This document shows, piece by piece, positions 1 through 11,288 of a stretch of DNA of 55,731 nt. The first letter of the stretch is position 1, and the number at the start of each line of letters is the position of its first letter. The notes beneath the pieces are model-generated. The model was not told where the DNA came from and did no database searches. It saw only the letters and a list, made by a program, of their open reading frames with translations. This stretch comes from Piedraia hortae CBS 480.64 (Eukaryota): positions 67,934-123,664 of the forward strand of contig MU006005.1 of NCBI GenBank assembly GCA_010093745.1, given 5' to 3'. A program made the translations under genes and the position numbers.

Positions 1-3000
1 AGCAGCCAGGCGAGGAAGCGGAGAGAGAGTTTGCGCTGGCTGCGGTGGCCGAGAGAATATAACTCCTGTGTATCAATGACCTGCGAATCTGGAACGTGCA
101 TGTTGATGGTGCGGAAGTCACTGCTGAGACCGTGGCCGATGAAGCAACAGCCAAGGTTCAGCAGGACCCAGAGCTTTTTGTAGACGTCTTTTAGGCCCAC
201 GAGCTCGAAAGGGCTACATCCTGGTGTGAGATCACCCGGTCGGAGGCCGGAAAACTGGGTCAGATAGTCATCAATGGGATCTGTGACGGCAATATAGTCG
301 TCGATGAACGGCACACCGGCATCTGGACCGTCGCCTCGTAGCACAGAAACCCGCGCCAGGCCAGACCGCGCCGGTCGTGTGATTATGCGGGACCCGTCGG
401 GCCCAACATCAAATTCCTCTCGCAGCAGCCGCACAAATTCGGCATCAATGGCGCAGTGCATGCCCGGCTGCGGGGCTTCGTTCCCCGACAGAGGCCGAAA
501 CTCGTACGATCCGTCTTCCCGTTCAGGCTGTGCCAGGCTCCTATACAGCACCCCAGTATCGAGATGCGACTTCCACTCCTCATCCAGAACACCGGCCTTG
601 GACTTGAGCTGGTAAGTGATGACCGACGGCAGCTTCCAGCGGGCATCAAAGTGTAGGGCCTCGTCTGCTGAGACGGGACGGGCGAGGAAATCGTTGATTA
701 GGTGCCAGTCCGACTCTTGAGCGTTTGGCCGCGTCAAGGCGGCATTGACCAGTGCCACCAAGTGCGACTTCTGACCCTCGCCGACCGTCACATCAGCCAC
801 AACGCCGACCAGCTCAAACAACATCATGGCTTGGTTTCGGCGCTGCAAGTGCAGATTTAGGTCATCTCCTTCGTAGCAGTAAAACTGGCTGTTGACGTTA
901 ATAATGCCAATTTCAGCCGGCAGAAAGCCAGGAGTGCTCCATAAATGCCTCGCCTCGGTCGACTGTATGGCGGCATGAACCATGAGAACCTGCGGTGTCG
1001 AATGCACCACGCGGCGAGAGCGGATCATCTTGTAGCCCTGGCAGCGCATGCACCACCCCCGTTGCTGCTCGTGGCGGTGCACCGAGTCCTGGAGGAGGCG
1101 GGCAAAGTTGACGGGATGCATGCGTCCACCGGGTTTGGTCGGCTTTGGGTAGCACAGCTGGTGCGTGTACGAGACGTTTTCCCGCGCATCTTCATAGGCG
1201 CAGTGGACACAGTGGCTGATGATGTGGCTGCGAGTCGCCATGGCTGCCTGCATCTCCACTGGGTTGCTGATGACCTGACAGTAGCCCCATTCGAGCCTCG
1301 TCAGGAGGAAGCGGTTGAGGTTCTGGATCATTGTAGTTTGCGGTGCATGAGAAGACGAATCCTCCAGCATCGGTATCTGTCTCGCACCGGGCTGTCTGGT
1401 GAGGGCTTTGAGAAAGTTTGTGGCCTGGCAGTTTTGGCCTCGAGCCTTTTCCAGCATATCAACCAAGAAGCCGAGCTCACAGAGCAGGCAATTTTCGTAG
1501 CGGCAGTCACAAGCCGCGTGCTTCAGCGCAAGATTGCGAGCAACGTTGGTAAAGCGATAAAGCTGTAGCAGGGCATTTGCATACGAGTTCACTATGTGTG
1601 TTTCCAGGCCCGAATACTGCGTCTTGTTGAAATATCCAAAATCAAAGTCGTTCACTCCAAATCTGCTGTATTTGATCTCAATGGGCTGGTAAAAGGCCAC
1701 GGCGTCTTCGCCAACATCGTCCAGCCGCCATCCATCACCGTCTGTGGCCCCTTTGGGCTGTTCGCTGAGGAATTTAGGAGTGGCAATCGAATTCATCGCC
1801 CGCATCATACTGCGCGTGTCAAAGGCTTCGTACCTCCTTGACGTACGCGGGAACCTGCCTACCAATCCCAGTTCTGCTGGCTGGAGAGTGCTCAGCAAAG
1901 CAGGATCGATCCGTGTGGGCGGTGCCCCAGTCTCGTGAACCATGTCGTTGGACCAGTTCGAGAGCAGTGGCTCCGTATAGTACGGCATGCCTATCAAGTT
2001 CAGCGGCGTGTGAACAGACCAATCCATGTACATTGGAGGAGCTGATGGAGGGTCAGGGAAGCGAATTGGCTGGCTAAACTCGTTAAAACCCACAGCCGAC
2101 GGAGACCCCCAGAGGATGATGTTACAATGGCTGTCCGTGAAAGCGAGGCCTTTTCCGCACGGCATCAGCTCAAGGCCTGTAAGTTGGGCATCAAAAGTGT
2201 TGATAAAGGCGAGGGTGGGAGTGTCTACGTTTTGTACATCAATTGAGCTGATGGAGCCTGTAGGGGAGAGCACGATGCAGGTTGAAGTGAGCTTTGGATG
2301 CATTCGCACAAAGGCGGCGCCACTTTGAGTTGGAATTGGAGCCGCAGACTTTTGATGCCGTAGATCCTGCACTCGCACCAGCCGTTCCAGTCCAAGCCCG
2401 CCGTACTGCTGCTGCGTCCAGCCGCAGGTGAGGAGATAGTCACCGCGGACATCCATGTCATTAACGGCGCCCGAATACGACTTCCAGCTGCGCACAGTCG
2501 CCAGCGTCGTAGGATCGAGCAGATGCACCGAGCCGTCCTTAGCGGCGGCGTAGATGTGCTGACCTGCGCGGCGCATTAGAATAAAAGGCACGGCCGACGG
2601 GCGCATCTCTTTGATGACTCCCCGGACCACATCGATGCGGTACATTGTCGGCTGACATCCTGCAGCAACAATTTCTGAGGTACCCTTGGCGGTAAAGGCC
2701 ATGCATTGCAGGTCGGCCATGGTCGAGTCGGCAATGTGCCACTTGGCAGGACCATTCCGCCGTGCATAGTGCACGCTGCGGTAAGACACGGACAGAACGC
2801 CCTCGTTGTTAAACAGAAGCTGCTTGACCGGCGCATTTCCAGGTGCACCGAGCCGCGATGAACTGGTGTGAGCGCGGAACGAAGTGTAGCGCCGCAGCTC
2901 CAGACCGTGGTATGACGAGACTCGTCCCTACGCCTGTCAGACTGGGTGACCTTCACACATCAGAACCCACGTACGTAATCATTTCCCGCCCAGAGCAACT

Positions 3001-3103
3001 CGTTCAGGCTGTCAAACGCAAACGTCGTCACGGCCGTTGGAGGAGCGCCGGGTGAAGGGCCAGGAAGCGTGATGCGTCCGAGCTCGGTCCAATCCACTTC
3101 CAT
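1..3103 (-). CDS. PAN2: PAN2 deadenylase catalytic subunit (WD40, pseudo-UCH, DEDD exonuclease); 3' end outside the window
   Basis: Read manually, not in the ORF track because no stop falls in the window. Exon 1 3103-2975 [15 protein letters not shown]...ELLWAGNDY; 47-nt intron 2974-2928 (GTACGT..CTGAC..TAG); exon 2 2927->1, same frame at both ends, with [61 protein letters not shown]. Confidence 0.93.
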
Positions 3104-3733
3104 TGCATTCAGGCTTAAATTTTCTCCTCGTCGCTCATGACCGCTTGTCGACCGAGTCTCACACGAGGCTACGGCACAGAAGCCTTATGTTGCGATCGGC
3201 AACACGTTACGCGGGTGCGGGTCGGGCCTGGCGATCAAGGCGGTCCGTTCCGACCGTTTGCACCAACTGGGTGTCAGGGTCTAGCCTGCGCCACAGTAGT
3301 ACTAGCCTCGCACAAATGTTTTGGTTCACAGCTCTCCTACCTCTTTCTAGCTCCAGTACATGTAGTCTTGTAGCAGGAGCAGTTGCAGTCATGCGTCCAC
3401 AAGAATTGGGTTAGGTGCCTGCATGACTTGCGGTCATTTCTTGCTTGAGCCGGGTACACATTCCCACAGAATTAGGTAACGGCATGCCGTGTGTATGTCT
3501 TAGTTTACAATACATACAAGCCACCTGCTTCCTCTAATAGTGGTATCGAAGCCGCTACATCTAACCATTCGCCCAGACCATGTTCGCCGTGTCGTCATTC
3601 ATCATAGAGTGTGTGGTTTCACGGCCGCGGATATATATGTAGAGTGCTATGCCAGATGGTAAAGCATACCATTGTGGTCGTTTATAGGTCAAGGTTCCAA
3701 AGGAGTCGTAGGGTCTGAAGTCTGTAGGTAATG

Positions 3734-6700
3734 TCATGTCGGGGCCGGTGTCTCCATGAACCACCCGCCACGTTCCCACTCACCGGGCACGTAAAGGTTC
3801 TTTCGTTTCATGGCCTCGTCAAAGGTGCCGGCCATGATTTCGCTTAGCCGTGCAAATGGAATGGGTTTGAGTATCCAACCATCGAAGCCAACATCGACAT
3901 AATACTGTCTTTCACCCTCACGAAGAGATGCTGAGACGGCAATGATGGGTACCGCTCCGTCGAGAAGATTTTGCGTGCGCTGCACTTGCTCCGGGTTGCA
4001 TTTTTCAAATTCTCTGATTCTCTTCGTCGACAAATAGCCATCCATGATGGGCATCTGGATATCCATGAGGATTATGTCGTAGTCGTCAGGAGCTTTGCTG
4101 TACGTGTCGGAGCACTCCTCGCCGTTGGCAGTCAAAGTCAGCTCATGTCCCAGCTTCTCCATGCGTGTCTTGATGATTCTGCTATTGATTGGATCGTCTT
4201 CTGCAACCAGAACACGCATGTGCCGCTTGTCGTTGGACTTCTGCTCCAGCATAGACAGTGCCGGTTTCTTAGCCGCAGGGAGCTCCTTTAATTGTTGGTC
4301 AGTGGTGGGATAAGGTATCGGGTCAGGAACCTTTACGGGTCTTATGGGCATCATTTGCCTTTCGAAGGTCGCTGTACCAGGCTCACTTGCCCACTTGGCC
4401 CGCAGTTCCATAGTCGAAGGCGGGCTTGTTTGGCTATATACCCTCCGACGAGAACCGTCACGGTCTTCACCTGCACCGCTGATCTGGCTCATCTTCGATG
4501 GAGATGCAGTGCCAAGAGACCTCGACTTGGGGCTTGAACCCAGCTCGGATTGCAAGGCATCCGACTGTTTAATGGCCTCAATGAGCCGGTCCGCCTCGCC
4601 TCGTGCGCTGCTTGAGCGTTGCATGCTTATGCTGTTGCACGCAGGCCTGTTGGAGCCGGTGCTGCTTCTGCTTCTGCAACCGTCGTCCCTGCTACTTTTA
4701 CGTGACAAGGTGCTAGAGTCTGTCCGGTCGGCTTCCTTCGGCTTTTGCGCCTGGATTAAAGTGACCGCTTTGCCTTCCGACACAGGAGCAGCTGGTGGCT
4801 TTAAGCTGTCAGGAAAACCGGTTGGCGAGCTCAAGTTCACCTGTGCAGAGCTCCAACGACCATCTGGTAGGAGAAAGGGAAACGAGACGATAAATGTCGA
4901 GCCACGGCCTTCCTGAGATGTTAGCCGAAGTTGTCCATTCACATTTTTTACTATGCGGCCAACCACGGCCAAACCGAGTCCGAGGACGCGCGAGATTTTT
5001 CGAAGAGACGACGAGACATCAGACATGTCCTCAAGAAGAGTCGAGTCTTGACCCTCCTCGCTTTGCACCTGCTCCAGCTCCCGGAAGAGAGCATCTAGAT
5101 GATCAGAACTGAAGCCGCAGCCCGTATCTGCCACGGAGATTTCGACCTGTACATTGTCATTTTCCCAACTGGCTACATACATTTCGATCTTTACGCTTCC
5201 CTTGACCGTGTTCTGGATGGCGTTCGCAGTGAGATTGGTGATGGTCTGCCGCACACAAAGACGGTCTCCAATGACACGAGACGGCAAGTCTGGCTGCGTA
5301 GTCACGTCAAACACGAGACCCTTGCGCTGTGCATCACGTTTGAACATGTCAGTGGCATCAGTCAGCGTTTCCCGGAGATCAAAAACATCATCCTTAACCA
5401 GATTGCGACTGCTCTCCGTCTTGGTGAGGTCCAGAAGATCATTGATCACGTACACGAGCGATTTGGAAGCCTCGTGCGACTTCACCAGATAGTCCCGCGA
5501 CTCGGCATCAAGATGACCTTCGAGCGCAATTTCAATGTAGTTGATAATGGCGTTGAGCGGCGTGCGAACCTCGTGGGCCGAGTTCGCGAGGAGCAGCTTC
5601 GTAAGCTGGCTGCTCTGCACGGCTGCCTCTTTCTGCCGCCAGACCTGGATAAATTTGCCGTACACAAGACACAACACGGCAGCTGTCTCGATTTCTTCCT
5701 CGGTCCAGTCGCGGCACTTGTCTACCACCGTCTCGGACCAGGTTTTGAACGACTTTCGCGGCTCGAGGAAGGCCCGTGTGCCATCCTTGATGTTTTTATG
5801 GTACGGATTCCCAGCCCATTTGACCTCTCGCAGCTGGCTTGGCCGGCAAAAGACGATAAAGTCCTCACCACCGTTGGACAGCGGAACCAGCAATACGCCC
5901 GATATCAGCGTAAATCCTGGCGCATACTCGAGGTCAGGAAAGTCCTCATGGATATTCTGCGACGCGACCACATGTGTTAGACGGCGCATGCGCAGGTACT
6001 CAAGCATCGCTAGCGCCTCCTGGCTGTGCGTGGGCCGGCCGAGAATCTTGGCTTCGTTCCTAATCGACAGCATGCCAAAGTCGGCATTGAAGAGCTCCAG
6101 CAAATCCTCAGAAGAGGCAATAATGTAGCCCGACGGGTTCTGCTCCGTAGGCACCGTGTTGATTAGTTTACGCGCCTGTAACCTCGACGCATACGACAGT
6201 CGCTCGATATTGCGGCTGGCAGCATCTCCCATCAGACGACACAGCTTGCGCAGAGGGAAGGTTATGCGCATACCGCGACTGCCGTACGAGTGGCAAGAAA
6301 TGAGGCCCCAGAGCTCGCCAAAGGTGTTGATAGATACCGACATGCTGCTGCGGACGGCCATGTTGGCTAGATACTTGAGATGGATCGGGCTCATGGCACG
6401 CAGATAAGCGTGCGTCAGGTCCAGCGGCCGCTCCAAATCATCGACGCTGCGGCACACCAGGCGCGCCGTCTGTTGGTCACGGTCGTACAGCACGCGCACC
6501 TTGTTCAGCTTGTACAGATCGCGCGCCTGGCGCGGGATATCAGATGCCGGGAAGTTTAGCCCCATGTAAATGTCCGCCGTCTTGCTGGTGTCTACAAGCT
6601 CGGATACGACGCGACCGTGCCAATCGCGGCTGAACTGGTACATCATGACGCGGTGGAAGCCCGTCAAGTCCTTGAAGATGCCCACAATGATGCGCAGCAG

Positions 6701-7804
6701 CTGGTCCAGCGTCCGCGCGCCGCCCATCTGCTCCTGCACCTGCGACAAGACATCAAACACATCGACTGTTGCTGCAGCCGCCGTCCTGCGCCGGGACGAA
6801 CGGAGTCTCCGCAGCGGCCGACTAAGACTTCGCGTCGATGCCTCCAATTCCTCTGGCGTTGGCTGGCTATTCAGGGTATCCGCGCGCTCATCGGCCACAT
6901 CGCCCTCAGGCCGTGGTGGGTTCTTCTCGTCGTCTTGAAGCTCAAATTCACATATTACCAGCTGCGGGCTGTGCGGAACCTGATGCAAGGCGCACCAAAG
7001 CTGCACCTCGTCACCGTCCGGCCGCCGCACGGAGAGGGCGAAGACGTCGGGACCATTGACCTCGACGCCGTTGCCGATGTCGTCGCGCGCAAAGTCGACG
7101 TGGTCAAGCAAGGTCAGCGCACGGTCATTAGCCATGATGCGAGTGAAACTGTCCAGCGCAAACAGCTCGCGCGGCGTATAGCCCAGGAATTGCCGTGAGT
7201 TCTCACTCACCACCCGCACCAGCAGCATCTCGTCGGATAGCGGCTCCAGCACCAGCAGCATGCCGTATGACTGCACAGCGCCCGGCGCGTGAATCGGCTC
7301 CTCTTCACACTTTTGCGGCGGCTCGCCCTCACGGCCTGTAATGATTGCATGGCCACCCTCGTCCATTACGTACTGGAAGCGCGCCGTCATAAGCGGATCC
7401 ACGTCGTCGGTGGCCTGCGGCGCGCCGCTCGCGGTCGACGACTCCTCACCCACCAGTACTTGCTGTGCCGCCGTCGGTGCTGTTACATGTTCCTGCTCGG
7501 AATCCTGGCGGCCACTGCCCGTAGACGCGCTCGTAGCGGACTTACGGCCAGCATTGCGGTCAATTGACACCGATGGCAACCGCTGTTGTCTATCGGTCCG
7601 GCTGCCGTCGGCGTTACGTGGGGCGGGGTTCGACGACACCACAGAGCGAACGGGGAAGATGCGGTCGACCGAGGCGCGAGTGGCGTCTCTGGGATTGTCA
7701 GGTTTGGATATGGTGCGGTCTGTCTTGGCCTGTTCATCCCCTATCTTGTCCTGGTTGTCGTCAATCTTGTCCTGGCTGCCACCCGTCTTGTCCTGGTCGT
7801 CCAT
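3734..7804 (-). CDS. fphA: Fungal phytochrome, red-light hybrid histidine kinase (PAS-GAF-PHY-HK-REC), FphA/PHY-1-like, 1356 aa, intronless
   Basis: Bilin-attachment Cys in KCEEEPIHAPGAVQSYG, PASDIP, PIHLKYL, PRKSF, H-box AHEVRTPLN, DTGCG and GLGL ATPase boxes, receiver LVAEDD...ILMDIQMPIMDG...KP. Confidence 0.95.
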   Translation of the reverse strand: MDDQDKTGGSQDKIDDNQDKIGDEQAKTDRTISKPDNPRDATRASVDRIFPVRSVVSSNPAPRNADGSRTDRQQRLPSVSIDRNAGRKSATSASTGSGRQDSEQEHVTAPTAAQQVLVGEESSTASGAPQATDDVDPLMTARFQYVMDEGGHAIITGREGEPPQKCEEEPIHAPGAVQSYGMLLVLEPLSDEMLLVRVVSENSRQFLGYTPRELFALDSFTRIMANDRALTLLDHVDFARDDIGNGVEVNGPDVFALSVRRPDGDEVQLWCALHQVPHSPQLVICEFELQDDEKNPPRPEGDVADERADTLNSQPTPEELEASTRSLSRPLRRLRSSRRRTAAAATVDVFDVLSQVQEQMGGARTLDQLLRIIVGIFKDLTGFHRVMMYQFSRDWHGRVVSELVDTSKTADIYMGLNFPASDIPRQARDLYKLNKVRVLYDRDQQTARLVCRSVDDLERPLDLTHAYLRAMSPIHLKYLANMAVRSSMSVSINTFGELWGLISCHSYGSRGMRITFPLRKLCRLMGDAASRNIERLSYASRLQARKLINTVPTEQNPSGYIIASSEDLLELFNADFGMLSIRNEAKILGRPTHSQEALAMLEYLRMRRLTHVVASQNIHEDFPDLEYAPGFTLISGVLLVPLSNGGEDFIVFCRPSQLREVKWAGNPYHKNIKDGTRAFLEPRKSFKTWSETVVDKCRDWTEEEIETAAVLCLVYGKFIQVWRQKEAAVQSSQLTKLLLANSAHEVRTPLNAIINYIEIALEGHLDAESRDYLVKSHEASKSLVYVINDLLDLTKTESSRNLVKDDVFDLRETLTDATDMFKRDAQRKGLVFDVTTQPDLPSRVIGDRLCVRQTITNLTANAIQNTVKGSVKIEMYVASWENDNVQVEISVADTGCGFSSDHLDALFRELEQVQSEEGQDSTLLEDMSDVSSSLRKISRVLGLGLAVVGRIVKNVNGQLRLTSQEGRGSTFIVSFPFLLPDGRWSSAQVNLSSPTGFPDSLKPPAAPVSEGKAVTLIQAQKPKEADRTDSSTLSRKSSRDDGCRSRSSTGSNRPACNSISMQRSSSARGEADRLIEAIKQSDALQSELGSSPKSRSLGTASPSKMSQISGAGEDRDGSRRRVYSQTSPPSTMELRAKWASEPGTATFERQMMPIRPVKVPDPIPYPTTDQQLKELPAAKKPALSMLEQKSNDKRHMRVLVAEDDPINSRIIKTRMEKLGHELTLTANGEECSDTYSKAPDDYDIILMDIQMPIMDGYLSTKRIREFEKCNPEQVQRTQNLLDGAVPIIAVSASLREGERQYYVDVGFDGWILKPIPFARLSEIMAGTFDEAMKRKNLYVPGEWERGGWFMETPAPT
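7723..7796 (-). repeat. 21-bp-period coding minisatellite in the phytochrome N-terminus
   Basis: tcttgtcctgg at 7744, 7765 and 7786, plus degenerate tcttggcctg at 7723; encodes DQDKTGG/SQDKIDD/NQDKIGD/EQAKTD. Confidence 0.8.
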
Positions 7805-8281
7805 TGTCTGCTATGTTCCTCCGCCGCTTCCCGCCGCCGACGGTTCGGCTACCGGACGCCCCGAGAGGCTTCGCTGCTCTGAAATTGTGCCACGATGAGT
7901 GTGAATGATTGACTAGCTGTGGCGGCGCGGTTAAAGGAAGGGACGATGCCGTAGCGTCTTTGGATCTTCGCCTGAGCGGGCGAATCCAGGGTTGAGACCA
8001 TTCTAAACATCGAGTCCAAAAAAAAGCCTAGCCATCGTGGACATCCCACATGTACTCCGTGCTATATTTTACGCATGATCGGAAATTAGTGACGGATGTC
8101 AGCAACGGCCGTTACTGACCGTAAGTTACGCTTCGGCTATCACGGCCTTGGCAGTTTGCTTCTCTCTTGATCCGCATCCGTATATCTTGCCTGCCTGGTT
8201 GTCATGTTGGCTTTTACCTGTTCATAATCCCAAATAACTTTCAGTTGCAAATACCTGTTGGTTCATTCCCTCCTTCCCGCA

Positions 8282-9925
8282 ATGGCTACTACTCCTAGCT
8301 CGGGGCATCATAGCCAACTACTCAACGTTCTGATAGCATCTAGCGCCTGTATAGACGCCACCATCGAGACGCACTTGTTCTCGCAACTCCGCCAATTGAC
8401 CGGGGTGACCCTCCGAACGGTCGGCGATGGTTCCCTCAATCTTGATGAAGTTGAGCAAGAAGTTGCCTTTGTGTGCGAATGGGCTGATGTGGCAATCATT
8501 GGGCCTCTCAGCGCCGACGACCTTGCAAAGATGCTTCAGGGACAAGCAGACAACTGGCTTCTAGAGATCTTGCGTAGTTGGCCTGTATGTAAAAGGATAC
8601 TGTTGATCCCGGCCATGTCGACGCTGATGTGGGAAAATCCCATGACGAAGAAGCAGTTGGCCAAGATCCGTAAGAAGTGGATCTGGGTAACTGCTTTGCA
8701 GCCCATGTTGTGGTCCTTTCAAGGAGGTCAGAAGATTGTCCAAACCTTGCAACCGGCTACTGAGGACCTGCTTGAAGCCGTACGTAGCCAAATTGATCTA
8801 CTAAACATTGGCCAGGGGCACCAGGTCTCTTCTACCTCTAGGACTGGCATTTCACCGGCAGAGAGCTGCGGTTCCTGCACTGCGAAGACCGTGCCCCGTC
8901 TTCCGCCTGAGCTATGGACCATGATTCTAGATTACGCCGGCGATTGGGAGTTGGCTCAACATTTGGACGTACACACTCACCTACCAGTTCCTGCAAAATG
9001 GGTCTCCCATGCTAGTGCACAAGGCCCTAGAAATTACATGGAGACGCTAGAGCTGAAGATCCTCCACGGTCGAATCACCGACATCAAGACGTTTATCACT
9101 GCTCATCCGGTGCCCACCCGACTGAGCAACTTGGCTATTTCGGTAGTCCTGAAATTTTCAATGACCGAGTTTCTCGGCTTTTTGGAAAGCCAACACCATC
9201 GACTATTCTGGGAGAGCTTCGGCCACACCATCTTGCCTGATAAAGCTAGCAGTGTTTTTGGCCATATCGAGCTACTCGAGTTCTGGCGCACCAGTCCCAG
9301 TTTCCTGAAAAAGGAATACAACACGGTGGCCCTCGATGGTGCTTCCAGGGCTGGCTTCGTTCACATATTGGAGTGGTGGCGACGATCAGGACTCCCTCTC
9401 AAATTCACCCAAGCCGCTTTGGAAGAGCCCTCCAGCCGAGGTGATTTGCGGACTCTTGAGTGGTGGAAAGACCTGTCTACAGCCCCAGTCGGCTCTGATG
9501 AAGCCGAGCCCACTCAACTGAAACCTGGTAAAAGCATCATAGAGGCCACCAAGAACGGTCACGCCGATGCCGTGCGATGGTGGTGCCGCTCCGGCATCCC
9601 TTTTCGGCACGAAGAAGCCATTACCAAATTCGCTTCGACTCACGGTCATGTCGATATATTGGACTTGTGGTATGGACTTAGTGGCTCCAAAATTATCGAC
9701 AATCAGGTGCTTGTAAGTGCAACAAAACACGGCCACGTGGATGTGTTGGAGTGGTGGAAATGCAGCGGTCTGAGAGTGGGATATAAGACGTGTGATATCG
9801 AAGAAGCTTTGGAAGATAGCAATGCAGGGCCCAGAGCTCAGGCTGTTCGGCGCTGGTGGGCTCTAAACGGCTTGAATCTCGGTATTGGGACGAGTGAGTG
9901 GATGAAAACAAAGTATTTGAACTAA
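8282..9925 (+). CDS. Hal3/PPC-decarboxylase-like (HFCD) flavoprotein domain fused to ankyrin-like repeats, ~547 aa
   Basis: WADVAIIGPLSADDLAKMLQGQADNWL..ILRSW..ILLIPAMSTLMWENPMTKKQL matches the HFCD flavoprotein pattern; C-terminal repeats of the form A(S/T)xxGHxxxLxWW. First ATG is 8282 (the track starts at an upstream TTG). Confidence 0.8.
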   Translation: MATTPSSGHHSQLLNVLIASSACIDATIETHLFSQLRQLTGVTLRTVGDGSLNLDEVEQEVAFVCEWADVAIIGPLSADDLAKMLQGQADNWLLEILRSWPVCKRILLIPAMSTLMWENPMTKKQLAKIRKKWIWVTALQPMLWSFQGGQKIVQTLQPATEDLLEAVRSQIDLLNIGQGHQVSSTSRTGISPAESCGSCTAKTVPRLPPELWTMILDYAGDWELAQHLDVHTHLPVPAKWVSHASAQGPRNYMETLELKILHGRITDIKTFITAHPVPTRLSNLAISVVLKFSMTEFLGFLESQHHRLFWESFGHTILPDKASSVFGHIELLEFWRTSPSFLKKEYNTVALDGASRAGFVHILEWWRRSGLPLKFTQAALEEPSSRGDLRTLEWWKDLSTAPVGSDEAEPTQLKPGKSIIEATKNGHADAVRWWCRSGIPFRHEEAITKFASTHGHVDILDLWYGLSGSKIIDNQVLVSATKHGHVDVLEWWKCSGLRVGYKTCDIEEALEDSNAGPRAQAVRRWWALNGLNLGIGTSEWMKTKYLN

Positions 9926-9985
9926 TACAGCAGTCATGTTCAACGGCCTTCGCCGTTCGAAGGTATTCTATTTGATATCACACAC

Positions 9986-10787
9986 TTAAGTATCTCGGTA
10001 CGCACAACCAATGTCGGTGACCTGACCATCGCCACCAATCATACATACAACGTTTCCCACCGTGCCGGCATCTCGCATTGCTCCAAACCAGGCGTACTTT
10101 GCAACAAACTCCAAACCGTCAAGATACTTGCAGCTCTCGCGGACAAAGTTTTCGACATGATCCTTTGATAAGGGCTTTGCTGGGTCAAATGTGGTGCCTG
10201 CTCCTGTCAGCAAAAACATGACAACTTGCGTAAAGAAACATACAAGCAAACTCTGTGATCCACAAAGGCTTTTTCTCGCCGGGAAGCTGATAGTATGTCG
10301 ACCAAATGTAATCATAGAACTGACCAAGCTCGGCACCGTACCAGTGGAAGCAATAAAAGTCAACGTCGCTGCCCCCGTCGCGAATGCGACCTAAAAAGTC
10401 CTTTAACCAAACTAGTCCTTCGGGAGCAGCACTGATGGCGGGACTGCCGCATTTGACGCCAGATTTTCTCAAAGGTTCAAACACGCGAATCCATTCCCTA
10501 GCAGCTGATTCAGGTGACATGTTGCTTTGGTCTGGCCGCTCAGGCTCGTTGAAGCCGAGGACGACTTTGGCGTGATAGGCCTCGACCTTTTCGTATAGCT
10601 TGTCGATGCCGTTGGTGCCCCATTGCATGAGTGCAAATTCCAAGCCGTTCATGTTTGAGTTCGGGGTAGGCGACCAGTTGTACAGCCATGATATCTTACT
10701 ATTAGGTGTTTTGAAGAGAGAGCATTCGTCATGGCAATCACAGGGCCAGGCCAGGCCGCGTTTCGTGTTTCCACATATTGATGACAT
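9986..10787 (-). CDS. Glycoside hydrolase family 128-like (Asl1-like beta-1,3-glucanase core), ~251 aa
   Basis: KRGLAW, SWLYNWSP, GFNEP, HWY, PLWITEF, YAWFG motifs; 46-nt intron 10243-10198 (GTATGT..GCTGAC..CAG) joins two track ORFs in frame. Confidence 0.88.
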
Positions 10788-11288
10788 GATAATAGGGATG
10801 ATAATAGGGATGATGATGAAGATGGGAAAGTGAGAATCTCGCCATTTTCATGATCATTGTCATGAAAGCAGAGGAAAGGGCATTGGCAATGGTGCGCACC
10901 TTCCTCTTTGGGAACAAAATAGTCGAGGAAACCATCAACAGGAAAGCTCTTATTTGCGATTCAGGGTGCTACAGGTCAAGAATTGCACACAGTGATTTTT
11001 GTGAATACCTAATCCTAACGTCACAGTCAAGCGGTATGCTTGGTCGCCTGAACGGTTATTCTGAGGTTCAGCTTGACTGTCCATATGACAAGCGGCATGC
11101 GGGATTGTCTGCAAAATAAAATTCAGCTTGTTTGCCTCGATACAGCAGGTTAAGCTTACCACGTGATAAATGGCAGCCTTAGCTGATATTGATAAGCGGC
11201 CGATTGTGGACAAAAGGTAAGGCGCCAAGGCCTTGAGTGCTTAGTCATCACACGGCATCACAACGCCTGCGCCTTGGAAGCTTGACGC

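Noticed and set aside
304..3055. Many short ORFs on both strands, e.g. 945-1568 (207 aa)
   Set aside because: Shadows of the PAN2 reading frame, which the track missed because it has no stop in the window.
4344..7898. Plus-strand ORFs up to 293 aa (5099-5980, 6617-7198 and others)
   Set aside because: Antisense to the phytochrome; no recognisable motifs; expected in GC-rich coding DNA.
10788..10825. Short atgataataggg duplication and gat repeats; ORF with HHHPYYHPYYH
   Set aside because: Low-complexity leader sequence of the GH128 gene; no support for a separate peptide.
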